Source: an uncultured Candidatus Saccharibacteria bacterium
Lineage (GTDB): Bacteria; Patescibacteriota; Dojkabacteria; SC72
Assembly: GCA_964655705.1 (NCBI GenBank)
Contig: CAZZPP010000002.1
Span: 32,231-96,230, forward strand
Length of the DNA stretch: 64,000 nt
Reading direction: 5' to 3'
Shown: piece after piece, positions 1-10,733 of the stretch
Position numbering within the stretch: the stretch's first letter is position 1
Layout of the letters: each line of letters starts with the position of its first letter
Translations under genes and position numbers: made by a program
Notes under the pieces: generated by a model
Told to the model about the DNA's origin: nothing
The model's database searches: none
The model's input: only the letters and a program-made list of their open reading frames with translations

Positions 1-4
1 GTAT

Positions 5-1222
5 ATGAGTATGGAAAATAATGGGAACAAGATATTTGGAGTCTTAGTACTTACAGTAATCTCTTTCTGCATAGGTATAATCTTTGGAAGGAATATAGTG
101 CCAACTTCTCAGGGATTAATTCCTTCGGGTAGTTCTAAAAGTGCAGATTTAAGTCTTTTCTGGGAAGTATGGGATACATTAGAGTACTACTATGTAGAGG
201 AAGACAGGGTATCTTTAGAGGACAGGGTATATGGTGCTGTAAAGGGTTTAGTAGATTCATACCAAGATCCTGCTACCATATTTCTTACTCCTCAAGAGAC
301 CAAGGATTTCAATGATTTGAACAGTGGTAAATACTTTGAGGGAATAGGGGCGGAATTAGGATATAGGGATGGTGCAGTCATTGTTGTTACTCCACTAGAA
401 GGGTCTCCTGCTAAGGCTGCTGGTATTAGAGCAGGTGACTATATCTTGTCTGTTGATGACTATGAGGTTAAAAGTGGTGACAACATATATGACATAGTGT
501 CAAAAATTAGGGGGGAGGCTGGTAGTAAGGTTGTATTAGAGGTCTTACATAAAGGGGATTTGGAGCCCGTTAAGATAGAGATTACTAGGGGAGAGATAAC
601 TGTTCCTAGTATGACTCTTACATATATAGGGGAAGATAAAGATATTGCATATATTGATATTACTAGATTTACGGAGTCCTCATTAGCGATTTGGGAGGCT
701 AAATGGGATCAGGTTGCTGAAGACATCTCATCTAGTGGTGTAGATAAGGTGCTAATTGATTTAAGGGGTAATCCTGGGGGTTACTTTGATGCTGGAGTAT
801 ATGCTGCTGACGACTTTTTAGATGTTGGTAAAGTAATATCTCAACAGAAGGATGGTAAGGATGAAATTCAAACTTTTGATGCAACAAAGGGGGGGAGATT
901 GTTGGGTAAGAAGGTAGTAATATTGGTTGATGAGGGTAGCGCATCAGCTTCTGAAATATTCGCAGGAGCTTTACAACAAAACGATGCTGCAACTGTAATT
1001 GGTACTAAAACATATGGTAAAGGAACTGCTCAACAAGTAATTAATCTTACTAAAGAAGCTAGTATTCATGTTACTGTACTTAAGTGGTTACTTCCTGATG
1101 GTACTTGGTTAAACAATGACAACCCAATTGTTCCTGATATTGAAATAGAAAATACCGTTGAAGATTTTGTTAAAGGTATTGATAATCAGTATAACGAGGC
1201 TTTAAAATTGATTAATCAATAA
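5..1222 (+). CDS. ctpA: S41 family C-terminal processing peptidase (CtpA/Prc-like) with PDZ domain
   Basis: N-terminal TM; GIGAEL PDZ entry; DLRGNPGG, SASASEIFAGAL and GTKTYGKG S41 motifs. Confidence 0.92.
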   Translation: MSMENNGNKIFGVLVLTVISFCIGIIFGRNIVPTSQGLIPSGSSKSADLSLFWEVWDTLEYYYVEEDRVSLEDRVYGAVKGLVDSYQDPATIFLTPQETKDFNDLNSGKYFEGIGAELGYRDGAVIVVTPLEGSPAKAAGIRAGDYILSVDDYEVKSGDNIYDIVSKIRGEAGSKVVLEVLHKGDLEPVKIEITRGEITVPSMTLTYIGEDKDIAYIDITRFTESSLAIWEAKWDQVAEDISSSGVDKVLIDLRGNPGGYFDAGVYAADDFLDVGKVISQQKDGKDEIQTFDATKGGRLLGKKVVILVDEGSASASEIFAGALQQNDAATVIGTKTYGKGTAQQVINLTKEASIHVTVLKWLLPDGTWLNNDNPIVPDIEIENTVEDFVKGIDNQYNEALKLINQ

Positions 1223-1244
1223 ATAATTTTTAAATGTTTCAAAT

Positions 1245-2423
1245 ATGGAAGAAATTAAGAAGAAAAAGAAGGGAGAGGAAATAGAAGAGGTTAAGAAAGA
1301 GGAGAAGGTTTTAAAAAAGAGATTAAATATTAAGCATTTCCGTATATTTGGTTTAGGATTAGCCCTAATGGGTATTCTGGTGTGTATTCTATTAGTATCT
1401 CTATTTGTATCTAAGTATTTAACCCTCATAGAGAATGGGCAGGTCGAGGACGGACCAAATACTCCTACAATAACTGTAACCCAAGATGAAAATGTAGTTA
1501 TAAATGTAGTTAAGGATTCCTCTCCTTCTGTAGTTAGTATTGCTATTAGTCAAGTTACACTAAAGAGAGGGGAGGGACTGGTTGATGAGGTAAATAATAT
1601 TGGTACTGGTTTCATAGTTGATCCCAATGGAATAATTGTTACTAATCAACACGTAGTATCTGATACCCTAGCAACTTACAAAGTAATTACAAGTGAGGGT
1701 GATGAATATGAGATTGTGGAGATAGTAAGAGATGATAGTAATGATATAGCCGTAATCAAAATAGATGCAACACAACTACCAGTCTTGTCGTTAGGAGATT
1801 CGGATGCACTGGTTGTTGGACAAAGTGTCATAGCCATTGGTACTCCACTTGGAGAGTACGCAGGTAGTGTTACCACAGGGGTAATAAGTGGGTTAAATAG
1901 GTCTGTAACTACCTCTTCAGGTTGGTTTGGATCAACTACAAAAACATATGAAAACGTTATTCAGACAGATGCTGCTGTTAATTCTGGGAACTCGGGTGGC
2001 CCCCTTATTAATACCGAGGGTAAGGTAATTGGTATTAATTTTGCTACAACCTCAAATGCAGATAATATATCTTTTGCACTACCAATTAATACAGTAAAGC
2101 AGAGATTAGAAGAGTACCGAACCTATGGTAAATTTATTAAACCCTACATCGGAATCTCGTATCAAATGATTTCTGAGTATCAAGCTCTTTACTATACAGA
2201 TGTAGTACCCGGAGCTCTGGTTATGAATGTAGATCCTCAGGGTCCAGCATCAGAGATAGATATTCAAAGGGGAGATATAATTACAAAAGTAAATGACAAA
2301 GAGGTAGAGCAATCATTTGCATATATTGTTCAATCCTTCAAAGTAGGGGATGAGATTACATTGGAACTTTGGAGAGATGGAGAGATTAAGAGTGTAAAAG
2401 TTACTTTAACGGAAGCAGATTAA
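1245..2423 (+). CDS. htrA: HtrA/DegP-family serine protease, membrane anchored, one PDZ
   Basis: GTGFIV, TNQHVV, D(SN)DIAV, QTDAAVNSGNSGGPL catalytic triad motifs. Confidence 0.93.
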   Translation: MEEIKKKKKGEEIEEVKKEEKVLKKRLNIKHFRIFGLGLALMGILVCILLVSLFVSKYLTLIENGQVEDGPNTPTITVTQDENVVINVVKDSSPSVVSIAISQVTLKRGEGLVDEVNNIGTGFIVDPNGIIVTNQHVVSDTLATYKVITSEGDEYEIVEIVRDDSNDIAVIKIDATQLPVLSLGDSDALVVGQSVIAIGTPLGEYAGSVTTGVISGLNRSVTTSSGWFGSTTKTYENVIQTDAAVNSGNSGGPLINTEGKVIGINFATTSNADNISFALPINTVKQRLEEYRTYGKFIKPYIGISYQMISEYQALYYTDVVPGALVMNVDPQGPASEIDIQRGDIITKVNDKEVEQSFAYIVQSFKVGDEITLELWRDGEIKSVKVTLTEAD

Positions 2424-3225
2424 TTTTTAAAAATCTCTTTCTTCCATAACAATCTCTAACGCCCTTAATTTTAGAGTTAGGGAAGAACTCTTTAACTAGT
2501 TTTTTACTCTGTTCGAAGATGCTTGTCTCTGTTTCAAAATACATAGTCTGAATACCAAGATTCTTACTAGATACATCTCGGAATAGTTCTCTGTAGAATT
2601 TAAGACCATCCTCTCCTCCGTCAAGGGCTATTCGTGGTTCATACCCAATCACACTCTGATCTAGTTTCTTGTACATATTTGTTGGGATATATGGTAGATT
2701 TGCAATTAGAATGCTACTGCCTTTTAAGTCAGGTAATTTCTCAATTAGATTAGTTTTAATCCAGTGTATGGACTTCTCCTTAAATATCTTCTTCTCATTC
2801 CATCTAGCCACCTCTAGTGCATCTTTAGATATTTCAGTTGCATAGTAAGAGTAAAGGCTAGGATGTTTTAACAAATATCTTAGAGAAAGAGTAATACAAC
2901 CGCTACCTGTTCCTACCTCAATGATATTAACGATATGTTCCTTCTCAATTATATTTTTACATTCATATACTAACTGCTCTGTCTCAATCCTTGGTATAAG
3001 GGTATCTTTTGTAACCTTGAAATTGATGTTACAAAAATTTACATACCCTTGTATATATTCCCAAGGCTCTTGTTTATGTAATCTTTGGAATATGTCATTC
3101 TCAGAGATTTTCTTCTGGGTACCTAGAAAGTTAGAGATTTCTCTAGCTATTCTGTATTGATCAGGATAATTAATATCACTAAGGAATCTTTGTATCCTGA
3201 ATATTTTAGTAAGATTATTTTTCAT
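2401..3225 (-). CDS. prmC: Release factor glutamine methyltransferase HemK/PrmC
   Basis: [39 protein letters not shown]; directly downstream of prfA. Confidence 0.92.
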   Translation of the reverse strand: MKNNLTKIFRIQRFLSDINYPDQYRIAREISNFLGTQKKISENDIFQRLHKQEPWEYIQGYVNFCNINFKVTKDTLIPRIETEQLVYECKNIIEKEHIVNIIEVGTGSGCITLSLRYLLKHPSLYSYYATEISKDALEVARWNEKKIFKEKSIHWIKTNLIEKLPDLKGSSILIANLPYIPTNMYKKLDQSVIGYEPRIALDGGEDGLKFYRELFRDVSSKNLGIQTMYFETETSIFEQSKKLVKEFFPNSKIKGVRDCYGRKRFLKINLLPLK

Positions 3226-4306
3226 TATCTAACATGGCAAGTTGAATACCCTCTTTCACATCGTTTATGACCTCATCAAGATATCCCAACATTATTGACT
3301 CAATATTATGCCAAGAAATCTTAACCCTATGATCTGTAACCCTATTTTGGGGAAAATTGTATGTTCTAATTTTCTCCGCTCTCATTGCACTACCAATTTG
3401 AGAGTATCTCATATCAGACCTCTTTGCATCTTCCTCCTGTTTCTTCTTCTCATACAGCCTTGATCGAAGATTAGCCATTGCTTTCTCTTTGTTCTGTGCT
3501 TGGTGTTTAGTCTCTTGACAACTAACAACAATACCAGTAGGGAGATGGGTAATTCTTACTGCAGAATCAGTTCTGTTTACACATTGACCACCTGCACCAG
3601 ATGCTCTCATTACATCAATTCTCAAATCTTCAGATTTGATCTCAATATCAATATCTTGTGCTTCTGGCATTATTGCTACAGAAGCGGTAGAAGTGTGTAT
3701 TCTACCAGAGGCTTCAGTAATGGGTACTCTCTGAACTCTATGTACACCACTTTCATATTTAAGATTTTTGTATACATTCTTACCACTAATATGGACAATT
3801 ACCTCTTTGTATCCCCCAGACTCAGACAGATTACTATCAATTATTTGAACATCCCAGCCCTGCTTTACTGCATATGCCTTGTACATGTTAAAGAGGTTTG
3901 CTGCAAAAAGAGCTGCCTCATCTCCACCAGCCCCTGCCCTTATCTCTAGTATTACATTTCTACTATCATCGGTATCATGGAATTGCCTCTCTATCTGTAT
4001 TTTCCTTCCCTCTTTCTCGTCCTCTTCAATATGTTTCTGTACCTCATCTAGTTCTATTCTGGCAAGTTCTTTAAGTTCACTATCTTCTGACTCTTCTAAA
4101 ATCTGTTTAGCTTGTTCATACCTATTAATATTTTCATGGATATTTGAGATATGGGTATGTAGTTTAGTGTAGTAGGTTAATTCCGAACTTAATTCAGACA
4201 TATTCTCATTAGTTTGATGAGCACCCTCCATCCTTTTTTCTAACTCTTCTTTTTTAGATTTAATGGGTTCTAGTATATATTTTTTCTTTAAAATCTCTAT
4301 GTCCAT
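3215..4306 (-). CDS. prfA: Peptide chain release factor 1
   Basis: [11 protein letters not shown](I)TE PxT motif, [20 protein letters not shown]. Confidence 0.96.
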   Translation of the reverse strand: MDIEILKKKYILEPIKSKKEELEKRMEGAHQTNENMSELSSELTYYTKLHTHISNIHENINRYEQAKQILEESEDSELKELARIELDEVQKHIEEDEKEGRKIQIERQFHDTDDSRNVILEIRAGAGGDEAALFAANLFNMYKAYAVKQGWDVQIIDSNLSESGGYKEVIVHISGKNVYKNLKYESGVHRVQRVPITEASGRIHTSTASVAIMPEAQDIDIEIKSEDLRIDVMRASGAGGQCVNRTDSAVRITHLPTGIVVSCQETKHQAQNKEKAMANLRSRLYEKKKQEEDAKRSDMRYSQIGSAMRAEKIRTYNFPQNRVTDHRVKISWHNIESIMLGYLDEVINDVKEGIQLAMLDNEK

Positions 4307-4347
4307 ACACTATGGATGATATCATTTAAATATATTTAGGGGTACTG

Positions 4348-4680
4348 TTACTTAGATATATTTGCGTTAGCAAGCATATCTTTAAGGGTAAGGGTAGAGG
4401 AGGGTTTAGAATCTGTCTTTTTAGCCTTTCTCTCTGCCATCTTCTCTCTTTTACTTTTAAAAGACATTTGGGAACTCTTCTTAGCTCTTTCTTCAAATTT
4501 CTTAACAACATTTTCAGTATCAACAATCTTTTGCTCTCCAGTATAGAAGGGGTGACACTTAGAACACAACTCAACATTTAGAGTGTCAATGTCTAGTGTA
4601 GAGCCTGTTACAAATGTGTTACCACATGAACATATTACCTTGAGATTCTTGTTGTATTTTGGGTGTATATCTTTTTTCAT
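4348..4680 (-). CDS. rpmE: 50S ribosomal protein L31 (Zn-ribbon type, C-terminal extension)
   Basis: [24 protein letters not shown]. Confidence 0.96.
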   Translation of the reverse strand: MKKDIHPKYNKNLKVICSCGNTFVTGSTLDIDTLNVELCSKCHPFYTGEQKIVDTENVVKKFEERAKKSSQMSFKSKREKMAERKAKKTDSKPSSTLTLKDMLANANISK

Positions 4681-4742
4681 AACAAGGAGGATTATAGCAG
4701 AAGGAAAGGAGTGTGTCTATGTCTTTGATATCCTTTGAGGAC

Positions 4743-4767
4743 AAAAAACCCGGGATTAACCCGGGTT
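4743..4767 (-). terminator. Intrinsic terminator after hsp20
   Basis: AACCCGGG-attaa-CCCGGGTT stem; A-run on + gives U-tract on -. Confidence 0.8.
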
Positions 4768-4781
4768 GAATCTTGAAGTAT

Positions 4782-5225
4782 CTATTTAATAGATATTTGT
4801 TTTGTCTCAGATTCTTTTGCTTTGGGCAATTTAACTGTTAGAACACCATCTTCAAATACTGCCTCCACACTATCTGGATTTACCAATGAAGGTAAGTTAA
4901 AGCTTTGAGAGTAGGAACAAGATTGAAAAGTTTTTAAGAAATACTTCTTTTCTTTCTCTTCATTTTGTTCTTTACTGTTTCCCTCAATACTTAAACTATC
5001 TCCTGTAACAGATATCTTGATATCTTCTTTCTTAATCCCTGGCATAGCCATTTTGACAAATATCTTGTTATCTTCTTCCCAGATATTTGCAGAGAGATTA
5101 TCAAATTCTCTTAGGAAAAGATCATCCCATCTGTTTAATGGATAATTAAAAAAATCATCCATTAGAGATCTCACAGGCGTGTAGAGTGTATCTTGGGGTT
5201 TTTGATTTATTTTTACAATCTTCAT
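4782..5225 (-). CDS. Hsp20/alpha-crystallin small heat-shock protein
   Basis: MPGIKKEDIKISV, SFNLP, AVFEDGVLTVKLPK. Confidence 0.93.
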   Translation of the reverse strand: MKIVKINQKPQDTLYTPVRSLMDDFFNYPLNRWDDLFLREFDNLSANIWEEDNKIFVKMAMPGIKKEDIKISVTGDSLSIEGNSKEQNEEKEKKYFLKTFQSCSYSQSFNLPSLVNPDSVEAVFEDGVLTVKLPKAKESETKQISIK

Positions 5226-5260
5226 AGTATTTTTAAATATTAAAATTTAAATATATATGG

Positions 5261-5297
5261 TTAGCAAAGGATACCACCGAGTGCTAATTTGTGTCAA
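5261..5297 (-). promoter_or_regulatory. CIRCE (HrcA operator) overlapping sigma70 promoter of hsp20
   Basis: TTAGCAaag-N9-GAGTGCTAA at 5261-5287 (one perfect half-site); minus strand TTGACA-18-TATCCT. Confidence 0.8.
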
Positions 5298-5347
5298 GGG
5301 GTTGGGTGTTGATTTTTAGGATTTAAATAAATATACTATTCATATAC

Positions 5348-5569
5348 ATGGAATATTCTAAAAGAATTCAAAACAGAGTAAGTAGGATTGAAGGGCAGGT
5401 AGGTGGTATCAAGAGAATGATTTCTACTAATACAGATGAGGACAAGGTCATGACCCAACTTCAAGCAGTAATATCTTCTTTGGAGAGTCTTAAGTTGGAA
5501 TTAGTAAAAAAGCAAATGAAGGAATCTCTTGTAGAGGATATTAGAAAATCTTTAGGTCTTTCAGAGTAA
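5348..5569 (+). CDS. CsoR/RcnR-family transcriptional repressor-like protein
   Basis: NRVSRIEGQVGGIKRM...QLQAV signature; metal-binding Cys/His absent. Confidence 0.8.
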   Translation: MEYSKRIQNRVSRIEGQVGGIKRMISTNTDEDKVMTQLQAVISSLESLKLELVKKQMKESLVEDIRKSLGLSE

Positions 5570-5623
5570 AAATCTGATATACTTTTGTAGTGTACTGCCT
5601 TGTTAATATTAGTTACTGTATAT

Positions 5624-6271
5624 ATGAAGATTAAAAATCTTGGATGGTCATCCTTTTTACTTACTGCTGGTGATATTACAATATTAACAGACCCCCTATC
5701 TTTGAAAAAGAGTGGATTAAGTTTTCCTAAAACAAGGGCAGATGTTGTACTCTTTTCTGAGAAAGAGCTCTCTGGTAAAGAGAATATTATTCAGGAGAAT
5801 GAATTGTCTAAAAAGATTGAGCCTGAGCATAGGGATAGGATAATTGAAGTATCTTCTCCAGGGGAGTATGAGATTGGTGGAATGATGATTAGAAGGGGTG
5901 TTGATTGTCCTTTCTATACCATTGATGAAGCAGTTTTAAGAGTTGTATATATGGGGTTAATTGATAATACCTTAGATGTTGCTCAAACAAAGGATTTGGG
6001 AGATGTTGATGTATTAATACTACCCATTGGAAATGGTAATCTTTTCATCGATTATGAAAAGATTGAAAAGATTCTCAACTATATTGATCCCACAATATTA
6101 CTACCCTGTTCATACCAGAAAGATACTTTAAAGATTGGTAAAGAGTTAAAGGGTAAGGAGGATTTCATAAAGTACTTTGGTTTTACAAATGTTAGAGAGG
6201 AATCATACTTAAATGTATCTCCTTCGCCTGAACAGGAAAACAAAAATATTGAGGTAATTTTTCTTAATTAA
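5624..6271 (+). CDS. MBL-fold protein (degenerate metal site)
   Basis: LGWSSF, ILTDP, PGEYEIGG, YMG, DVDVLILPIG, P-x-x-x-x-P pattern of UlaG/lactamase_B_3-like proteins; ATG at 5624 preferred. Confidence 0.7.
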   Translation: MKIKNLGWSSFLLTAGDITILTDPLSLKKSGLSFPKTRADVVLFSEKELSGKENIIQENELSKKIEPEHRDRIIEVSSPGEYEIGGMMIRRGVDCPFYTIDEAVLRVVYMGLIDNTLDVAQTKDLGDVDVLILPIGNGNLFIDYEKIEKILNYIDPTILLPCSYQKDTLKIGKELKGKEDFIKYFGFTNVREESYLNVSPSPEQENKNIEVIFLN

Positions 6272-6276
6272 TAAAT

Positions 6277-7593
6277 ATGGATAGAGTACCTCCACAAAAT
6301 TTAGAAGCTGAGAAATCAGTATTAGGGTCCATACTACTAGATAAGGATGCATTAATTGAGGTTTCTGGTTGGTTACTTCCAATTCATTTTTACGATGAGA
6401 GACATACCTTAATATATCAGATTGTATTAGAGCTTTTTGAAGGTGGTTTACCCATAGATTTGGTTACAGTATCAGACAGATTAAAGAAGAAAAAGATTTT
6501 AAGTAGGGTGGGTGGTAGAGCATATTTAACTGAATTAGCATCCTTTGTACCTACTGCGGCTCATGCTGTTGAATATGGGAATATTGTTAAAGAGACTGCA
6601 ACAAGAAGAGGCTTGATTTCTTCCTCTGCAGAGATTACAAAGTTAGCATTCGATGAGGGTGTTTCTCTTCCTGAGGTAGTAGATAGATCAGAGACTTTGC
6701 TTTTTAATGTAGCTCAGGAGGGTATAAAGAGTAATTTTGTTCATATTAAGGACTTACTTAAGGATGCATATGAAAGGGCTGCTCATGCAAAAGAGAGTGA
6801 TGACTATGCAGGTGTATCAACTGGTTTTAAAGAATTAGACATTCTACTAGGTGGTTTCCAGAAATCTGATTTAGTTGTACTTGCTGCTAGGCCTTCTGTT
6901 GGTAAGACATCCCTGGCTTTGGATATGATGAGACATGCAGCTTTGATTGAAAAGAAGAATGTTGCATTCTTTTCATTGGAAATGTCTAATATGCAAATTA
7001 TGGACAGACTTTTAGGTATGCAATCCGGGATTCCTTTCTGGGAGATTAGGACTAACAAGTTAACAGAAGAAAAGGTCATTAAACTTGCTAATACAATGGG
7101 TGAGTTAGCAGATGCGAATATTTTTGTAGATGATATGGCAGGTCAGCATATTAATCAGATTAGGACAAAAGCTAGGAGATTAGCCTTAGAGCATGGGGTA
7201 GACATTATCTTTGTAGACTATTTACAACTAATGCATGGTAACAGTAAGGAGAGTAGGACTTTAGAGGTTGGAGAGGTATCTCAGGGTTTAAAGAATTTAG
7301 CAAAGGAGTTAAGTGTTCCAGTTATTGCTCTTTCTCAATTATCTCGTGCAATTGAGCAAAGGCAGAGTAGAAGACCTCAGCTATCTGATCTAAGAGAGTC
7401 AGGTTCAATTGAACAGGATGCAGATGTTGTAATCTTTTTAGATAGGGAAGAGACATGGAATCCAGATACTGAGAAGAAGGGAAGTGCAGAGGTATTTGTT
7501 GCAAAACACAGGAATGGACCTACAGGTATCTTAGAGCTTGCCTTTATTAAAGAGATTGCTAGTTTCAGGAATTTGTATAAGGAGAAGAATTAG
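6277..7593 (+). CDS. dnaB: Replicative DNA helicase DnaB
   Basis: PPQNLEAEKSVLG, AARPSVGKT, FFSLEMS, VDYLQL, SDLRESGSIEQDAD, KHRNGPTG; no intein. Confidence 0.98.
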   Translation: MDRVPPQNLEAEKSVLGSILLDKDALIEVSGWLLPIHFYDERHTLIYQIVLELFEGGLPIDLVTVSDRLKKKKILSRVGGRAYLTELASFVPTAAHAVEYGNIVKETATRRGLISSSAEITKLAFDEGVSLPEVVDRSETLLFNVAQEGIKSNFVHIKDLLKDAYERAAHAKESDDYAGVSTGFKELDILLGGFQKSDLVVLAARPSVGKTSLALDMMRHAALIEKKNVAFFSLEMSNMQIMDRLLGMQSGIPFWEIRTNKLTEEKVIKLANTMGELADANIFVDDMAGQHINQIRTKARRLALEHGVDIIFVDYLQLMHGNSKESRTLEVGEVSQGLKNLAKELSVPVIALSQLSRAIEQRQSRRPQLSDLRESGSIEQDADVVIFLDREETWNPDTEKKGSAEVFVAKHRNGPTGILELAFIKEIASFRNLYKEKN

Positions 7594-7636
7594 TATATAC
7601 AATATATCTTTCGTTGATATATAATACACAAGTTTA

Positions 7637-7720
7637 GGTCGAGTGGTGGAACTGGCAGACACGTGGGACTCAAAATCCCATGCTAGCAATAGTGTGAGGG
7701 TTCAACTCCCTCCTCGACCA
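7637..7720 (+). tRNA. tRNA-Leu(CAA)
   Basis: Acceptor GGTCGAG/CTCGACC+A, D-arm GGTGGAACTGGCAGACAC, anticodon arm TGGGA-CTCAAAA-TCCCA, long variable arm, T-arm GAGGG-TTCAACT-CCCTC; CCA not encoded. Confidence 0.95.
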
Positions 7721-7744
7721 TATTTAGATATTAATATACACATT

Positions 7745-8548
7745 ATGGAACTAGAGAATTTTGTACTTGGTTTTTTTGATTTTGTTGGCAATGTCGACTT
7801 TAATATGTTTGGTTCATTACTAGCCGTAGTCCTAGTGATATTTTGGTTAGTCATAGTAGGATGGGTATGGGTAGACTCTGGTGAGAGGACATCTAAAACA
7901 AGTCTAAGAGTAGGCTATCTTTTACTTTCAATACTTTTAAACATCCCAGGCCTAATAATATATTTAATCATAAGGCCTAGCGATACAATAGAGGAGATAT
8001 ATTGGGCTGATCTAGAAAGAAGATATCTTAAATACGAGACCTCTGAGTTAGGAGATTGTCCTAAGTGTGGTGCTCAACTTTTTCCTGGATATGTTCATTG
8101 TACAAACTGTGGTTTCAGGCTTAAGGTTAGATGCCCTAAGTGTAATGTTCTAGTAGATAAGGACCATAAATATTGCGAATTTTGTGGCTTCCAAATTAGA
8201 GAAAGAGCAGTCACAGAGGAGAAGTATCCTGATGTGCAGGTTATGCAAAAACAGATTAGTGCAACTAGAGATGAGGCTACCCAAACAGTAGAATCAAAAA
8301 GGACTAGATACAAAACAGGTCATAGTTTTGTTGTTAAATTAGGTAATGCATTAATATCTTCTGGTGTAAAAATTAAAGAGAAGATACAGGCAAGCAAGCT
8401 ACTTCCTAGAAAAGTTGAAAAGGATGTTCATGATGAGAGTACAAAAGAACCAAGTATTCAGTTACAAAGTGACAAAAGAGTCGTAAGTACACAGACTAAA
8501 GGAAATAATCAGAAAAGAAAGAAGAAGAAAAAGAAGAAGAGAAAGTAG
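7745..8548 (+). CDS. Membrane protein with double zinc-ribbon and basic tail
   Basis: Two TM segments, CPKCG..CTNCG..CPKC..CEFCG; true start ATG 7745 (ORF-track start lies inside the tRNA). Confidence 0.8.
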   Translation: MELENFVLGFFDFVGNVDFNMFGSLLAVVLVIFWLVIVGWVWVDSGERTSKTSLRVGYLLLSILLNIPGLIIYLIIRPSDTIEEIYWADLERRYLKYETSELGDCPKCGAQLFPGYVHCTNCGFRLKVRCPKCNVLVDKDHKYCEFCGFQIRERAVTEEKYPDVQVMQKQISATRDEATQTVESKRTRYKTGHSFVVKLGNALISSGVKIKEKIQASKLLPRKVEKDVHDESTKEPSIQLQSDKRVVSTQTKGNNQKRKKKKKKKRK

Positions 8549-8570
8549 AATAAAGTATTAAGGCTATGAT

Positions 8571-9377
8571 GTGAAAGAGTTAATGTATACATTGAAAGAT
8601 TATATTGGAAAGGTTAATCCTTTACTGGTTTATGTAATTCTCTTTATGTTGGCCCTCTATGTATTCTGGAGGGGTTGTGCTGAATCAAGAAAGAACAGAT
8701 CTTCAATATTCGATATATTTCTCATCTCAAGTTTTTTAAGTTTCCTAGTAGGTAGAATTGTATACATTATTTTGGAATGGAGTAACTTCTCTTCATATAT
8801 TTGGTATTGGTTACCCTATGAGAAATATGGTGACAAAGTCTATCTTTTTAGATTACTACCTTGGAGATTTTTTAGTATTTGGGATGGGGGCTTAGTTATA
8901 GTTGCTGTATTTGTATCTTTGATTCTCTCTCTTACTTTCTTTTCCTTGGTTGTAAAAAAATGGAGATGGAAACATATGTTTTTCTCAATATATTTTTCAT
9001 CTACTACAATGTTGGGTTTTTCATTTTTGTATTTGGGTTTTACATCTGGATTTAAGGATTGGATATACAGGGGAGTAGGATTGATATTTATACTTGGTTT
9101 GTTTTTCCTCCTATTTAAGTTCATATACAAGATTGTTAAAAACCCCTTGTATGAGAAATATATTCTAGGATATATTGGTACCCTAATTGTGTTAATATCT
9201 TCCTTGTATATTGTGTATCTGTATATCTCTAGTGATCTTTCATTGTTAGAAGATATATTAGTGGGTATATTCCTCATATGGTCCTTTGTTATGTCCTTTT
9301 TCTTCATCTCTGATTTAAGGAAGGCAAAGGTTAGAATCCAGAGTGTTTCTACTGTACGTTCTGTAAAGATTGATTAA
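8571..9377 (+). CDS. Lgt-like multi-pass membrane protein (prolipoprotein diacylglyceryl transferase family, divergent)
   Basis: GRIVYI and IWDGGL motifs, several TMs; adjacent to lspA-like gene. Confidence 0.55.
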   Translation: MKELMYTLKDYIGKVNPLLVYVILFMLALYVFWRGCAESRKNRSSIFDIFLISSFLSFLVGRIVYIILEWSNFSSYIWYWLPYEKYGDKVYLFRLLPWRFFSIWDGGLVIVAVFVSLILSLTFFSLVVKKWRWKHMFFSIYFSSTTMLGFSFLYLGFTSGFKDWIYRGVGLIFILGLFFLLFKFIYKIVKNPLYEKYILGYIGTLIVLISSLYIVYLYISSDLSLLEDILVGIFLIWSFVMSFFFISDLRKAKVRIQSVSTVRSVKID

Positions 9378-9379
9378 AT

Positions 9380-9766
9380 ATGTTAATTCTCTCTCTCTCT
9401 TTCCTCCTGTCTTTAATTAATGTATTTCTTTCCATATATCTTGCTAAGATAGATTTTTGTATCTTTAACAAAGGGATAGCGTTTGGTATGAGAATTGAGT
9501 ATGAAATTTTCTCCTCTTTAGTTATGCTCATGCTCTTGATTGTAATAGGGGTTCTTTTAAAGGGGAATTTCAGATATATTTTTCTTTCTCTTTTTCTACT
9601 AGGTTTAAGTAATCTTTTAGTAAGAATTCTTTTTGGAGCTGTTTGTGACTATATATCTCTTTTAGGAATATCTTTTAACTTGGCTGATTTCTTCATCCTC
9701 CTAATATCATTCTACTTAGGGTTTAGAATACTGCTTCCTGAGCTTAAAAGGGTAAGTACCTCTTAA
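9380..9766 (+). CDS. lspA: Signal peptidase II-like
   Basis: NKGIAFG, SNLLVR, VCDYI, FNLADFFI; precedes rluD as in conserved lspA-rluD order. Confidence 0.75.
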   Translation: MLILSLSFLLSLINVFLSIYLAKIDFCIFNKGIAFGMRIEYEIFSSLVMLMLLIVIGVLLKGNFRYIFLSLFLLGLSNLLVRILFGAVCDYISLLGISFNLADFFILLISFYLGFRILLPELKRVSTS

Positions 9767-9801
9767 TATATCTTTGTTACTCTTAATGATAGAATATATG
9801 T

Positions 9802-10731
9802 ATGGAGATACATATTAAAGGTGAAAGTGTTGGCAAGAGATTAGATCAATTAATGCTCGAGATTTTGACCAACCAATCGTTTTCTCGAAGTATAGTACAG
9901 AGATATATTGATAAGGGTTGTATGGTGAATGGAAAAGAGTCCAAGAGGTCATACAGGCTAAAAGAGGGAGATTTATTATCTGTTGATACTCAGTATTGGG
10001 ATAAGTTAAAAAAGAAGTTAGATTTAAGTAATGATATACTTCCTCAAGAAGGGGAGTTGGATATTAGGTATGAAGATGAGGACTTAATGGTAATATATAA
10101 ACCTAAAGGTCTTGTAGTACATCCTGGTGTTGGCAATAGTGAGAATACACTTGCTAACTATGTACGGTACTATCTTGAGAGCAAAGGAGAGTATGACAAT
10201 CTAATGGATAGGAGTGGTATTGTCCATAGATTAGATAAGGGGGTTTCTGGTTTAATGGTTGTTGCTAAAAATAAAAGTACTCAGGAGTACTTAAAGGGGG
10301 AGTTTAAGAGGAAGAGAGTTGTTAAAATATATCATGCAACTCTCTTAGAGAGTACAAATATACAACAGAATTTTGAAATACGAAAATATGTCTCAAAAAT
10401 GAACATAAAATTACAACCTTGGTTGAATTGGCAAAAAGTTGAGGGATATATTGGTAGAGATAGGGTAAATAGATATAGAATGGAGTTTAAAACATACCAG
10501 TTTCGTGGTTCAAAATATGCTCTTAACTATATACTTTTTTCAAATAGCGAGGCCTTAATTAAGATTGAAACAGGTAGGATGCATCAGATAAGGGCTACTT
10601 TAAAATATTTGGGGTATCACATTAAAGGAGATAGTCTGTATGGTAATGATAAAGGGAATGAGATAATGTTAGAATCAGTATTACTTAGTTTTGTAAAGAA
10701 AAATGGTTTAAGATTACTTTTTACAGTATAG
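9802..10731 (+). CDS. rluD: RluA/RluD-family pseudouridine synthase with S4 domain
   Basis: RLDQ S4, KPKGLVVHP, IVHRLDKGVSG, TGRMHQIR, GDSLYG. Confidence 0.9.
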   Translation: MEIHIKGESVGKRLDQLMLEILTNQSFSRSIVQRYIDKGCMVNGKESKRSYRLKEGDLLSVDTQYWDKLKKKLDLSNDILPQEGELDIRYEDEDLMVIYKPKGLVVHPGVGNSENTLANYVRYYLESKGEYDNLMDRSGIVHRLDKGVSGLMVVAKNKSTQEYLKGEFKRKRVVKIYHATLLESTNIQQNFEIRKYVSKMNIKLQPWLNWQKVEGYIGRDRVNRYRMEFKTYQFRGSKYALNYILFSNSEALIKIETGRMHQIRATLKYLGYHIKGDSLYGNDKGNEIMLESVLLSFVKKNGLRLLFTV

Positions 10732-10733
10732 AT

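Noticed and set aside
7643-7744. N-terminal extension of the 301-aa ORF
   Set aside because: Overlaps tRNA-Leu; real start is ATG 7745.
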